This document shows, one piece after another, positions 45,965 through 59,873 of a stretch of 64,000 nucleotides of DNA. The translations under genes and the position numbers were made by a program. The notes below the pieces were generated by a model. That model saw only the letters and a program-made list of their open reading frames with translations, was not told where the DNA came from and did no database searches. This DNA comes from Bugula neritina (lineage: Eukaryota; Animalia; Bryozoa), in the NCBI GenBank assembly GCA_964035545.1, contig OZ037768.1:248001-312000 (forward strand). Direction: 5' to 3'. The first letter of the stretch is position 1. Every line of letters starts with the position of its first letter.

Positions 45965-48900
45965 ATGAGCGCAGAGTCTATAAATGAAGAGGAAATTCAG
46001 TCTGGGGAACATGAAAGTGAAGACACAAAAGATGAGGGTGGCGTTAGTTACCAGCCCCCTATATCCGCAATTCCTCCTCGAGTTACTCTGACCGAAGAAA
46101 GTCAAATGGAAGTATCTGCTAGCCCTGCCTTTCAATGCCTCGATGATGTAAGTTATGCTATTAGCAAGTAGTATGATAGTATTATTAGTAGTACTAGTAG
46201 TAGTGGTAGTATTAGTAGTAGTACTAGTAGTAGTAGTAGTAGTGGTAGTGGTAGTGGTAGTATTAGTAGTAGTACTAGTAGTAGTAGTAGTAGTAGTGGT
46301 AGTGGTAGTATTAGTAGTAGTACTAGTAGTAGTGGTAGTATTAGTAGTAGTACTAATAGTAGTGGTATTACTAGTAGTCAATCTAATAAAATGTTAGGCA
46401 TAGCTTCAAGTTCAAAAACTGGAATATATTTACTCTTGTCAGTACATTATATTGAAAATGTATATGTGTAACTATCCTCTGTTCCTCATCAATAATACAA
46501 TTCAAATACATCTAGTTTCTGCCATAAACATGGAGCTTGAAATCTATCTTTCACAATGCTGTGTGTTACTGACTATTAGCTGAGTGGGTCAATTACAAAC
46601 TTGAATTCTTAGGATTATGATAAATATATTTTATTGTGCACAGAACATGTTAACTAGTTGAGTAGTATGTAAAGAGAGAGTTAACTCCTGTATACATAAA
46701 ACATTAGCTACTTAGCTAAATGCTTTTCATAACTTTTTCTCCAAAAAGTGTGTATAGAAACATTGCTATAAACCAGCACATGATGATGCTACGAGATTCT
46801 TCTTGAATTCTGCACTGAACCAGTGAGTGCAAGGAGCTTTCGAACCGACAGTAAATCAGACGCATGTTCAATGCTGTAGGCTGTCCTAATGAGTTATACT
46901 TGCTGTTTGTCTGTTGCAGTTGTTCAATGAAGGCCGTCTGACAGGAACTCGAGTGGCACAACTGAAAGCCAAGTACTCAGAGCTGCATGACAAGCTGAAG
47001 ACGTAAGAATATAGAGTAGAAATACCAACTATTATGACGTACTGTAAACAACTTCTGCTATCAGCACTTTTATAAAGGCTTTGATTTACTGTATCAGTCA
47101 AGATTCTCGTGGGGAGACAAGTTCTACGATAAATAAGTTAGAAAGTTGAATGATACTTTATCAATGGCTCAGTTTTCCTGTTTAACAGAATAGGTTTTAT
47201 AGGAACCTCAGTTTCTATGTGTGAGTTGTACAGCCACAGAGGAGATAACTCTAGACATGGTGATGTCTTGATAGCTGCTATATTTGATGTACTGAGAAGA
47301 TTGTTACTGCAATGCCACAGATTCTCACATTATTCCTTCTATGATGCGCCATGAACCCCTTGTATTGTAACCTCATGTCTCATTTCAGAACAAGGGAAAG
47401 TGAATCCCAACTGCTGCAGCAAGCCAAACACTACACAGCGACTTTAGAGACTCAAAATCAAGATTTGGAGAAAGCAGACAACTTCCCAGAAGGCACTGAC
47501 TCAGACGTGAGTCGCATGAGACAACAACTCCTCAAGTATAGAAATGAGTTGGCACAGATAGAGGAGAGACAGTATCAACACGAGTATAAAATAGAGTGGT
47601 AGGTTTAGGTTCTATGTCTATGCTGTGTTGAGTGAGTGAGTGAGTGAGTGAGTGAGTGAGTGAGTGAGTGAGTGAGTGAGTGAGTGAGTGAGTGAGTGAG
47701 TGAGTGAGTGAGTGAGTGAGTGAGTGAGTGAGTGAGTGAGTGAGTGAGTGAGTGAGTGAGTGTAACGTCATATCTATGTCTATGATATGCTAATCATATT
47801 CCTGTAGCTTAGAAGAGGATAAGAAGCTGATGGACAGAGAATACGAGAGAATGCCCAAGAAGGAGGTGAGATACTGTCCAATAGGTGAACAGCTATCACT
47901 CTGAGTGTGAGAGTAGACTGTCACTGAACTGTAAGACTAGAGTAAAGCTGGTGAAGGTCTAGAAGTAGTGGCATGGGTTGTGAAGAACATAGCAATAAGT
48001 TAGAAATGTAACTCATTTCAGTCAGTAGGCTGGCTGCTATATATTTGGTGTTTAGGATAATCCTAAAATTACATATCAATAGTTTTCAGTTTTTGCTAAG
48101 CAGTTTGCATTTAGAATTTTATGTCAAATGTTTTATCAATATACAACCTTACTGCTGAATGGCAAAGTAAAGTTTACTATGATGACATGCTGCCATTCCT
48201 TCAGGAAGTGGAGAAGAAAATCAAGGAGTTGCAGGCGACGTGTGAGGAATTGAGAAGGGAGATAACTCAGAGACAGGCGGAAGCTAAGAACCTAAAAGAA
48301 GACTTGGATAATAAAAATAGAGAAATACAAGCAGATAAAAAAGCATATGAAGAGGCAAATGAAGAAAAAGAAAGGCTAAAGGTAACAGCTTTATCTTTCT
48401 TTGGCTGTTAGGTCGGTGGTATTGATGGTTGAATAATTTCATTTTTCACAATAATCTGGCAAGAGTTTACTATATTATCATTTGGTTACTATACTACTGT
48501 CTGGTTACTATACTGTCTGGTTACTATACTACTGTCTGGTTACTATACTGTCTGGTTACTATACTGTCTGGTTACTATACTGTCTGGTTACTATACTACT
48601 GTCTGGTTACTATACTGTCTGGTTACTATACTACTGTCTGGTTACTATACTACTGTCTGGTTACTATACTGTCTGGTTACTATACTGTCTGGTTACTATA
48701 CTGTCTGGTTACTATACTGTCTGGTTACTATACTGTCTGGTTACTATACTGTCTGGTTACTATACTGTCTGGTTACTATACTGTCTGGTTACTATACTGT
48801 CTGGTTACTATATTGTCTGGTTACTATACTGTCTGGTTACTATACTGTCTGGTTACTATACTACTGTCTGGTTACTATACTGTCTGGTTACTATACTGTC

Positions 48901-51900
48901 TGGTTACTATACTGTCTGGTTACTATACTGTCTGGTTACTATACTGTCTGGTTACTATACTGTCTGGTTACTATACTGTCTGGTTACTATACTGTCTGGT
49001 TACTATACTGTCTGGTTACTATACTGTCTGGTTACTATACTGTCTGGTTACTATACTGTCTGGTTACTATACTGTCTGGTTACTATATTGTCTGGTTACT
49101 ATACTGTCTGGTTACTATACTGTCTGGTTACTATACTACTGTCTGGTTACTATACTGTCTGGTTACTATACTGTCTGGTTACTATACTGTCTGGTTACTA
49201 TACTGTCTGGTTACTATACTGTCTGGTTACTATACTGTCTGGTTACTATACTGTCTGGTTACTATATTGTCTGGTTACTATACTGTCTGGTTACTATACT
49301 GTCTGGTTACTATACTACTGTCTGGACTATACTGTCTGGTTACTATACTGTCTGGTTACTATACTGTCTGGTTACTATACTGTCTGGTTACTATACTACT
49401 GTCTGGTTACTATACTGTCTGGTTACTATACTGTCTGGTTATACATGTAGGGAGACCTGATTGAAGTGAAACAAGAGCCAATATCTATCGCCAAGGAAAG
49501 TGACCGATATATCAGACAGAAGAAGTACGTATGCTCTTTGACTTTAGGTGTTTAGTGATGGTGGGGCTACAGTTTCTAGTTTATTCTTTGGTTAAGTTAC
49601 TGCAGCTGTTTACTGTACGCAGTAGGTTTTGCTAATAAGCAATGGGCAACAGATTTTTAATTCATGTACAAAGCTGATGAGTTAGAGTTTGATCATCCTG
49701 TCAACTAGTAACTGATTCAATGAGTCATTCAGCTTAGTCAATCGACTAGTCATGTCATCATTTTAACCATTACTAAACTCTAACTAATGCGTAATTTACG
49801 TTCTCATTTAACCAGAAACTACCAACAGTTCTATTGCTCTGTTCTCTTCATCTTTAGTAAAATACTAATTCATATTGCTATCCAATCATTTCTATTTCAT
49901 TAGTAATATTTTAAAATTAAACTAACAACAATATATACTTAGGAAAGTGCTGTTTAGCAGTTTGCAACACTAGAACTGACCTGTATAATATAAACTGATG
50001 TTGGTATTGTAATTATCTGCTGCTGTGTTATCAGAAACAAAGATGCTAACTGGAGAAGTGCTCTACTCACACAAAAAGAGTATGAACTACAGCTATTACG
50101 TGTTCCCAGCTTACCACTCAGTGCTTCACTGTTCGGCTTTTCTTATTATTTACTAGTTCAAGGCATTTCTCTCAGTGACTGTGACAAGCAATGAGCTCTC
50201 AACCTTATCAGAATGCTAGTTTCTTACTCACTTTGAATTTATCATTGTGACTAGTATTGTTATGATATTACAAACGATAGTAATTCTGCTGCGGAAGCTC
50301 ATTGGTTGTCATGGTAACTGACAGTTTTTTTTTATCTGTTTGTGTTCTGTCACTCTTGGGCACTGTCAGGTTGGCCTTGAACTTTTACCAAATATTTTCA
50401 ATTCATTCTGTTGAAAACCCCAACTGAGTTTCAGTTAAAGCGTGTATTGATCACAGGGACTGATTTCTGGTATGAAGGATAATCTTCACATTATACTTTC
50501 TGGTTGTCACCTTTTTCTACAGAGTTACCTTGTTCTACAGAGTTACCTTGTTCTACAGAGTTACCTTGTTCTACAGAGTTACCTTGTTCTACAGAGTTAC
50601 CTTGTTCTACAGAGTTACCTTGTTCTACAGAGTTACCTTGTTCTACAGTTTGATAAGATAACTCTTATATTCATATATTCCTAAGCTGGTAACTCTCCAG
50701 TTCAGTTTAATTTGTACTTAATGAAGTCCTGGTGTTCAAAGAAAGGAAACGCAATTGTTTATTTAGGGAGAAACTTTTTCACTAGCAACTGTTTTGCCAT
50801 TTTTCTTTATTTCTGTAAAATGAAATGCTCTTTAAATGCCCTTGCCTTCTTTATACTAGCGTGTTGTTATATTTGACATTTCTATGACCTTCCAGGGCAT
50901 ATTACTCAAAACTCTCATTATTTTCCTTTTCGTTCAACTCCAATTTCAGCAGTAATGGACATCTGTTTATTATCAAGGAAAAATATTTATTAGCTGAAAA
51001 AGAAACCAATGAATTTTCTCCTTTATACACAGCAAGCTAACTGACTGGTTTCATTTTATGACTGGCTTTATCTGTTTGCTTTCAGCATTGATCTCTAAAC
51101 ATGAAAACTAAGATTGACCTAGTTAACGCTTTTGTAGACAAGTGTCGTCAATCTGCGGACCAGTCGTGAGAGCGTTATGGTGCATATACGTGTCGCGTTG
51201 AATGTGTCCGGCACCATTTAGTCTCGTTCTCACATTTTCTCGTTTGTTTCTGTTTTGGTGATGTTAGGTGCTGCCCTTTCACGTGATCCCTCAGCTTGTA
51301 AACAGAGCTTAGAGGTCTTCTGCAATTCACCACTGTTTTGTATTAGTCAGCTTCCCCCCTCTACCATTACACCCCCTTCCTCTACCATTGCACCCCCTTC
51401 TTCTACCCTTGCGCCCCCCCTCTACCATTGCACCCCCTTCCTCTACCATTGCACCCCCCTCTACCATTACACCTTCTTCCTCTACCATTGCACCCCCTTC
51501 CTTTACCATTGCACCCCCTTCCTCTGCCATTGCACCCCCTTCCTTTATCATTACACACTCGTAATCTGTATTTGTTGAGTATGAATCCCAAGTAGCAGAA
51601 GATTTAAACTTGCTTTTCCTGCTTTCATATCAAGTAAACCCGCATGTTGCCTTCGCAGTAATAAATTTCACACAGCCATCCATGTCCTTTGGCTAAATGG
51701 TTTAAAGTCAGAAATGGTACTAGTTGCTGCCCAATACTTGATCTGCACTTTTGTTTAGCCGTATGCACTTCCTGTTTATTCGTATTGACTTCCTGTTCAG
51801 TCGTATGCACCATCTTGTTGATAAGAGCAGAATTCACTCACAATTGACTACTTAATTTTTATTTCTTACATGTCACTACTGAGAGCCAACTCTGTAATTT

Positions 51901-54900
51901 GGGTGTAAAACATCAACTCATCTGAGAGTGTTTGTATACTGAGTAACTGAACTGATATGTCTGTATACTGAGTAACATAACTGATATGTCTGTACACTGA
52001 GTAACTGAACTGATATGTCTGTATTCTGAGTAACTGAACTGATATGTCTGTATACTGAGTAACTGAACTGATATGTCTGTATACTGAGTAACTGAACTGA
52101 TATGTCTGTATACTGAGTAACTGAACTGATATGTCTGTATACTGAGTAACTGAACTGATATGTCTGTATAGTGAGTAACTGATATATCAGTATACTGAGT
52201 AACTGAACTGATATGTCTGTATAGTGAAGTCGAGAAGAGACAGAAAGTGCTCGACGGAGAGTATGAAGAAAAGTTGGAGTTGCTACATAGCCTTGAGAAC
52301 CAAAGAACCAACCTGGAGGAGGAGAAGTTTTCAGCAGACTCTGAGCTAGACCAGCAGAGACTAGCCTTGGATGAGAAGCAGAGAGCTTACGACGCCCTCA
52401 TGAGAGAGCACGAGTATGCCAGAGAGAAAGAAGCTCAGCTTATGGGCGACAAGTACGTAATCTTCTTGTTGATTGGCTAGCTGTGTGTGTTCTCACACTC
52501 TATTAGTTGTTAATAACTTTATGGGATATTTCAGAGCTGCTCTTGACCTTAGCCTCAGAACTATAATGATAGAGAAGAAGAGTCAGCATGAGATAGTTGC
52601 CCGCAAGCAGCGTGAAAAAGACAAAGACTTGAGGAGCTTAAAAAGGGCGGAGCTTCAACTGAAGGTTGCAGAAGACAACTTGGCTCACCAGAGTATGATC
52701 AGCGAGAAAGTCAAAGGCAATCTCGACGCGGCTCCTAAAGACGATGGAACTCTTTTTAATAAGAGGAAAGAACTGCAGAAGGAAGTAGAACAGACAAAGA
52801 GAGCTTTATCTCAGCAGGTAAGTTGTGTGTGACATCATGTAATGAGTACTCTACTCCAAGTTAAGGATTACATTTCGACTCTAATAGAACACTAGTGGTA
52901 CTTTTTCTGTTTGTTGAAAAATGCTTTTTTAGAAAATAGCTATAGATTTCTTTTACTAGATGTTTGGAGGTATTATATGTGTTACTTGTAGACATCATTG
53001 ACAGCTGTAGAACAAGTGAAAGTGGAGCAGTCAATAGCAGAAGAAGGTCGACTCTTGTACGAGCAGGGAGACTTGAGGATAGAGGTGGTGGAGCTGACTC
53101 GACTGGCAGCAATTAAAGCTGACGAGAGAGAACAGAAGGCGAGAGACTTCATGAGAGCCGAGATGAGGTACCATCGCGCTGTCGAAGATCTGAAAACCAA
53201 GCAGCTGCAGATACAGGACCACGAGAAAAAGTTCCGAGGTAGAATAACTCCCAGTTGTATCACTTATATACGACTAGTGCTCCCCCAAGTGGCAGAAAAC
53301 CTTCAAATAGTCAGTTAGATAGACAGGATATGAGCTCGTTGCAGTGTCTGTATTATAGCAGCGTACTGCAGACGTATAGATGTTATTCTGTGTTGTAGAA
53401 ATGCAGCAGAAGTTGAAAGAGTTTGCCAAGCTCTACGACGTTATCAAGAATGAGAGGAATAAGATCGTCAACCTCATACAGACTAGCACCCAGATATCTG
53501 CGGAGATGCGGGAGAAAATAAAAATATTAGCCAATGAAATGGAGATTTTGCGGACTGCCGTCTCTCAGAAGGAGAGGTCAGTGGCATATTGATCTCTTCT
53601 ACTCAACAACTGATGAGTCATATACTTTAGCAACTCAAGTTTCTTTATGTAAAACCTGACCATTAACTTTGTTGTATTCTTCAAATCATGTTAACAGTTT
53701 CATTTGTTACAAACCAGCATCTTTTCTTTATTTGAATTGTGAGAGAATGACAAAATGTTCTTCTTGTCATGGCACTGTAAGGTGATTTAATCATAGTTAA
53801 TATCAAAGTGCAGACGTATTGATAAAGTGCAGACGTATTGATAAAGTGCAGACGTATTGATATCAAAGTGCAGACGTATTGATATCAAAGTGCAGAAGTA
53901 TTGATATCAAAGTGCAGACGTATAATCTTATTTTGTGTGCAGATTGCTGCAGAAGACTAGACTGAGGCACCTCAACAGTATAGTTATTCGAGATAGCCTT
54001 AGAAATGAGTTGGCCAAGCAGACGAGAATTGAAGAGGAAATGAGAGAAAAACGTAAACAGCAGAAAATGGAGATTGAAAAGTTGAACAACATGATCAATC
54101 ATGCTGAAGTAAGGGGGATAAATCCTAATTATAAGGTTTACTTTCCAGGAGTCATCTGATTATTATCTGATAAAATATCTCTAATTGTTTTTTATCAAAT
54201 TTTAATTTTCTAAATGGAAACGTGTCCTACTCTGTTGTAGCAAATAGCAATAACTGCAAATGGATATGTTTCTAGACTTGCAATTATTAGCTAGGATCTA
54301 ATGAATATAAGCTTGTCTTTCCAGTCTTGCGCTTATCACTTGATGATTCTATTTCTTGTGTGATCACATGACTTCATTGATCTCTAGGAAGTCATGGTAC
54401 AACTTAGAAACAAGTATGAGGAAGAGGTGCAGCACAGAAATGCCAGGGGAATACAACTCATAGAGAGAAATGAAGAAGTCTGCATATTCTATGAGAAAGT
54501 TAATATTCAAGGTTAGATTCAGTTCCTGCTAGGTTGAGAAAGTTAGGGGTGACCTGTCACTACCCATACTTAGTGTGTGCAGGATGTTGGAACAGTATGC
54601 AATGTACATCACAGTGTTTTCTTGAAACTTGCTTGCTTTTTGGAAATTTTGAATTATCAAATTGACACAAAAATTCTGAAAGAATGATTTTGTATAAAAA
54701 TACACATTTTCAACTGCAGCTGCATTTGAGGCCATTCAGGAAATTACACGATACCAAAGAATATATTTAACATTGACATCTCAAAATACAAGAAGTTCTA
54801 CCTCCATATTTATGTGTGTGAATAATAATAATACTAATAAACCAAATGGCAGTTTTATGTTGCCATGACTACCACAACATCTGCTATTATTCTATTATTA

Positions 54901-57900
54901 GACACAATATTCTATTATTAGACACAATGGTGCGAGAAGGCAATGTATCCGTACAGGCCCGCGAAGAGGAAATACGTTTCTTGAAGATGCAAGGTCAGGA
55001 AGAGAGGCGTGGCATTGATGTGCTCAGAAAGGCTTTACCTAACAAACGCAACCTCGAACAGGAACTCGTAGCTCTGCAGATACAGGTGAGTGTCTTGTAG
55101 TACGCTCTGATATGTTGTAATACGCTATGACGTGTTGTAATACGCTCTGATATGTTGTAATACGCTATGACGTGTTGTAATACGCTATGACGTGTTGTAA
55201 TACGCTATGACGTGTTGTAATACGCTATGACGTGTTGTAATACGCTATGATTTATTGTAATACGCTATGACGTGTTGTAATACGCTCTGATGTGTTGTAA
55301 TACGCTATGACGTGTTGTAATACGCTATGACGTGTTGTAATACGCTATGACGTAATACGCTATGAAGTGTTGTAATACGCTATGACGTAATACGCTATGA
55401 CGTAATACGCTATGAAGTGTTGTAATACGCTATGACGTGTTGTAGTATGCTCTGATGTGTTGTAATACGCTATGACGTGTGGTAATACGCTATGACCTGT
55501 TGTAATACGCTATGGCGTGTTGTAATACGCTATGATGTGTTGTAATACGCTATGACGTATTGTAATACGCTATGACGTGTTGTAATACGCTATGACGTAT
55601 TGTAATACGCTATGATATGTTGTAATACGCTATGATGTGTTGTAATACGCTATGACGTAATATGCTATGAAGTGTTGTAATATGCTATGACGTGTTGTAA
55701 TACGCTATGACGCGTTGTATTACGCGGAGAGACACTGTAGGATGTCACATGACTGTTGCAGCTGTCTCAGTGTCAAGACCGAATGATGGAGCAAGAGAAA
55801 AGTCTAGAAGATGCCAACGACGAGACGAGAATTAGATTCTTAGAGGGAAACGATTTGTCTCCAGCCGAACTTAAAGATAAAATACAGGAGGTAGAGATCA
55901 GTGTTACAGTATATTATACAACTGTGTAGTTAGAGCTCATTGTTACAGTATATTATGCAACTGTGTGTGTAGTTAGAGCTCACTGTTACAGTATATTATA
56001 CAACTGTGTGTGTAGTTAGAGCTCATTGTTACAGTATATTATACAACTGTGTGTGTAGTTAGAGATCAGTGTTACAGTATATTATACAACTGTGTGTGTA
56101 GTTAGAGCTCATTGTTACAGTATATTATACAACTGTGTGTGTAGTTAGAGATCATTGTTACAGTATATTATACAACTGTGTGTGTAGTTAGAGATCAGTG
56201 TTGCAGTATATTATACAACTGTGTGTGTAGTTAGAGATCAGTGTTACAGTATATTATACAACTGTGTGTGTAGTTAGAGATCAGTGTTACAGTATATTAT
56301 ACAACTGTGTGTGTAGTTAGAGCTCATTGTTACAGTATATTATACAACTGTGTGTGTAGTTAGAGATCATTGTTACAGTATATTATACAACTGTGTGTGT
56401 AGTTAGAGCTCAGTGTTACAGTATATTATACAACTGTGTGTGTAGTTAGAGCTCATTGTTACAGTATATTATACAACTGTGTGTGTAGTTAGAGCTCAGT
56501 GTTACAGTATATTATACAACTGTGTGTGTAGTTAGAGATCAGGCTAGCTGAGAAGGAAGAGCAGTTACTTGAAAAGGAGTTGATATCTGAGCAAGTCACA
56601 CGATTGGCTGAGAGGGTGAAGAAGAGAGCAGAAACGGGGAAAGACGACACCCTGGACCTGGCTAAGAAGGTTGGTTTATGCACTATACGGTATTACTGTG
56701 GATACTGTACGGTATTACTGTGAATACTATACGGTATTACTGTGGATACTATACGGTATTACTGTGGATAATATACGGCATTACTGTGAATACTATACGG
56801 TATTACTGTAGATGCTATACGGTATTACTGTGGATACTATGTGGTATTACTGTGAATACTGTACGGTATTACTGTGGATAATATACGGCATTACTGTGAA
56901 TACTATACGGTATTACTGTAGATGCTATACGGTATTACTGTGGATACTATGTGGTATTACTGTGAATACTATACAGTATTGCTGTGAATAATATACGGTA
57001 TTACTGTGGATACTATGTGGTATTACTGTGAATACTATACGGTATTACTGTGAATACTATACGGTATTACTGTGAATACTATACGGTATTACTGTGAATA
57101 CTATACGGTATTACTGTAGATGCTATACGGTATTACTGTGGATACTATGTGGTATTACTGTGAATACTATACAGTATTGCTGTGAATAATATACGGTATT
57201 ACTGTGGATACTATGTGGTATTACTGTGAATACTGTACGGTATTACTGTGAATACTATACGGTATTACTGTGGATACTATACGGTATTACTGTGGATAAT
57301 ATACGGCATTACTGTGAATACTATACGGTATTACTGTAGATGCTATACGGTATTACTGTGGATACTATGTGGTATTACTGTGAATACTGTACGGTATTAC
57401 TGTGGATAATATACGGCATTACTGTGAATACTATACGGTATTACTGTAGATGCTATACGGTATTACTGTGGATACTATGTGGTATTACTGTGAATACTAT
57501 ACAGTATTGCTGTGAATAATATACGGTATTACTGTGGATACTATGTGGTATTACTGTGAATACTATACGGTATTACTGTGGATAATATACGGCATTACTG
57601 TGGATACTATACGGTATTACTCTATATATAACTAGGTCAATGACATCCAAGCAAAGATTAAAGACACAACACGTAAAATGATGGCTCTGGTGTCGGAGCT
57701 CTCCATGAACCAGGCAGCTGCTATGAAGTTACAGGCTACAGTGAAAGAACAAGAGGTGGAGCTTGAACAGGTTAGTCGTCTGCATTGCTACCTGCTGTGG
57801 GGGTGTTGGGACTACACAAGCTGATGACTCATTTAATTCATGCGCATATAATGTATATCTGGGGACAATGTTGGTTGCTGCTATTTGATTAGTGCTACGT

Positions 57901-58887
57901 GAGGATGGAGAAGGGGGAGCCCCCTAGTGAGGAGGTTGAAAGAGAGTGGGAAAAGATGGCTAGAAATGAAGAACGAAAAGTCAGAGACTTTGATAATGCT
58001 ACTAAGGTAAGATGACCTTATTTGAATATACCTCACCTATACTCAGTCTCACTAGTACTCAGTCTAACTAGTACTCAGTCTCACTAGCACTCAGTCTCAC
58101 TAGCACTCAGTCTCACTCACTAGTACTCAGTCTCACTAGTACTCAGTCTCACTAGTACTCAGTCTCACTAGTACTCAGTCTCACTAGTACTCAGTCTCAC
58201 TAGTACTCAGTCTCACTAGCACTCAGTCTCACTCACTAGTACTCAGTCTCACTAGTACTCAGTCTCACTAGTACTCAGTCTCACTAGTACTCAGTCTTAC
58301 TAGTACTCTGTCTCACTAGTACTCACTACTAACTACCACTCACGTTGCTCTTTTATTTTTGCCAGTTGCCTATCTACTTTAAAATTTGACTTCTTGACGC
58401 CTTTAATTAATATCGGAACACCTATTTCGCTGAACCCCTTTGTTTTACTATACATTATAATATAGACAGTGTTTTGGTGTATTGTCCTTCACCCGCCTAC
58501 GACATTCACTTTAGCTAATATTTATCTCGCTAATAATTTTAGTCTGTTAGTTCGAACAATCAGTGACTCTTAAAGCCGGAATTCTTCAAATTCACACAAA
58601 TTTTTGATTGCAACGTCGTCAGATTTTCTTGTAATAAAAACATTACGTGGCAAAGTGTTGATTGCGTGCTGGTTAATTCTCAGGCTAAGTATGAAGAGGA
58701 GCAGTACATGATATCAGAGGGGTGCAAGAGTACAGCTGAGCCTAGACCAAATGCCTACATACCAGATGACGAGTCGGAGCTCCCCATACCCCGCCCCTAC
58801 GGTTCTCATGCCCCATTCAAACCTCAGGAACCCGGCACTACTATGAGACACATCAGGAAACCTGTGCCCAAACCCATTGAAATTTAA
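45965..58887 (+). CDS. CCDC146: Coiled-coil domain-containing protein 146 (MBO2-like axonemal/centriolar protein)
   Basis: Exons 45965-46147, 46920-47002, 47389-47598, 47808-47865, 48205-48381, 49451-49524, 52225-52452, 52535-52817, 52992-53238, 53399-53576, 53943-54108, 54388-54511, 54922-55085, 55762-55890, 56532-56669, 57636-57770, 57893-58006, 58684-58887; motifs [49 protein letters not shown]...[21 protein letters not shown]. Confidence 0.92.
46170..47761. repeat. Intronic microsatellites (TAG)n-like 46170-46378 and (GTGA)n 47628-47761
   Basis: Read directly. Confidence 0.9.
48483..49440. repeat. 16-bp (occasionally 19-bp) satellite ending 10 nt before an acceptor
   Basis: ctggttactatactgt ~x58. 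Confidence 0.95.
50513..52224. repeat. Three arrays in CCDC146 intron 6: 18-bp (50513-50648), ~22-bp C-rich (51355-51550), 29-bp ~x10 (51935-52224)
   Basis: ttctacagagttaccttg; ctctaccattgcacccccttc; tatactgagtaactgaactgatatgtctg. Confidence 0.9.
55095..55720. repeat. 20-bp intronic minisatellite
   Basis: gtaatacgctatgacgtgtt ~x31. Confidence 0.95.
55891..56542 (+). repeat. 43-bp repeat making up the whole of CCDC146 intron 14
   Basis: 39 + 14x43 = 641 nt, equal to the intron length. Confidence 0.95.
56682..57622. repeat. 23-bp minisatellite with higher-order blocks
   Basis: atactatacggtattactgtgga/gaa variants recurring in blocks. Confidence 0.92.
58040..58335. repeat. 16-bp satellite, reverse complement of the RUVBL1 intron 3 satellite
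   Basis: tagtactcagtctcac. Confidence 0.95.
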
Positions 58888-59721
58888 ACTAGGAGTTGTC
58901 TTATCAAATGAGCATTTCTTCAATATCCTGTATAATAGAGTAGCTACGGCTGTTGGAGGATTCCTTGTTATTTTAATTATTTTAATTTATTATCTACAAT
59001 TTCGCCAGACTCAAAGTGATTACACTATTTGGTGAGAGACACTACTCCCTGTATATTCTTGTATTTATTAGCGTACCCCTCAGTCACATAGCTATGTCTT
59101 ACACAGCCAATAAACATGTGATAGAACTGTATTATAGATAGCATATGTGATGTCTGCTAAAAGCAATTATTTAAAAAATTTAAAAGTATATTTGAAACAT
59201 TAGCAAACTACAATCATGTAAACAATTCCCCATAAAAATTATCAAAATATTCTAGACTGAACTTATTTTGAAAACCATATATATCAAAGTATAGCAGCAA
59301 TCAGTAAAAAATCAGAAGTAGAAACAATGCCAGCATGGTGTGGTGTCAACACAGTGAAGTATCAACATTGTGTGGTGTCAACATTGTGAGGTGTCAGCAT
59401 AAAAAGTGAGAAGTACGCCAAGAGAAAACTACTTCAACCAAACATTGTCATCCGTTAATTTATTTACCACGACCCAACACAATGCGAGTATCTCCTGTCC
59501 AATTTACCAGAAATAAATATCTTCAGCTGATGACATAACTTCCTCCACAAGGAGCAATGTCTCCGCTAACTTCTACGTGGAGTTCCAACTCGCATATGAG
59601 AGCTCCAGGATGGGGCAACTCCTAATCCTCAGCAGTTACTGTGAGGCAGACAACTCCCAAATGACCTGTTGGCTATCGAGTCTAGTGAAATAAATGATGT
59701 TAATAACTTAACCAACTGACA

Positions 59722-59873
59722 TACACTCAGGTCATTGTATGTGTAGAGATCAGGGTACACTCAGGTCATTGTATGTGTAGGGGACAGGGTACACTCAGGT
59801 CATTGTATGTGTAGAGATCAGGGTACACTCAGGTCATTGTATGTGTAGAGATCAGGGTACACTCAGGTCATTG
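59722..59873 (-). repeat. 34-bp x4 repeat containing the last PEX12 codons and stop
   Basis: Sense unit aatgacctgagtgtaccctgatctctacacatac. Confidence 0.92.

Noticed and set aside
48429-49464. 343-aa and 322-aa hydrophobic ORFs resembling membrane proteins
   Set aside because: A stop-free 16-bp satellite inside CCDC146 intron 5
51255-51591. RGG-like or Pro-rich ORFs
   Set aside because: C-rich ~22-bp intronic repeat
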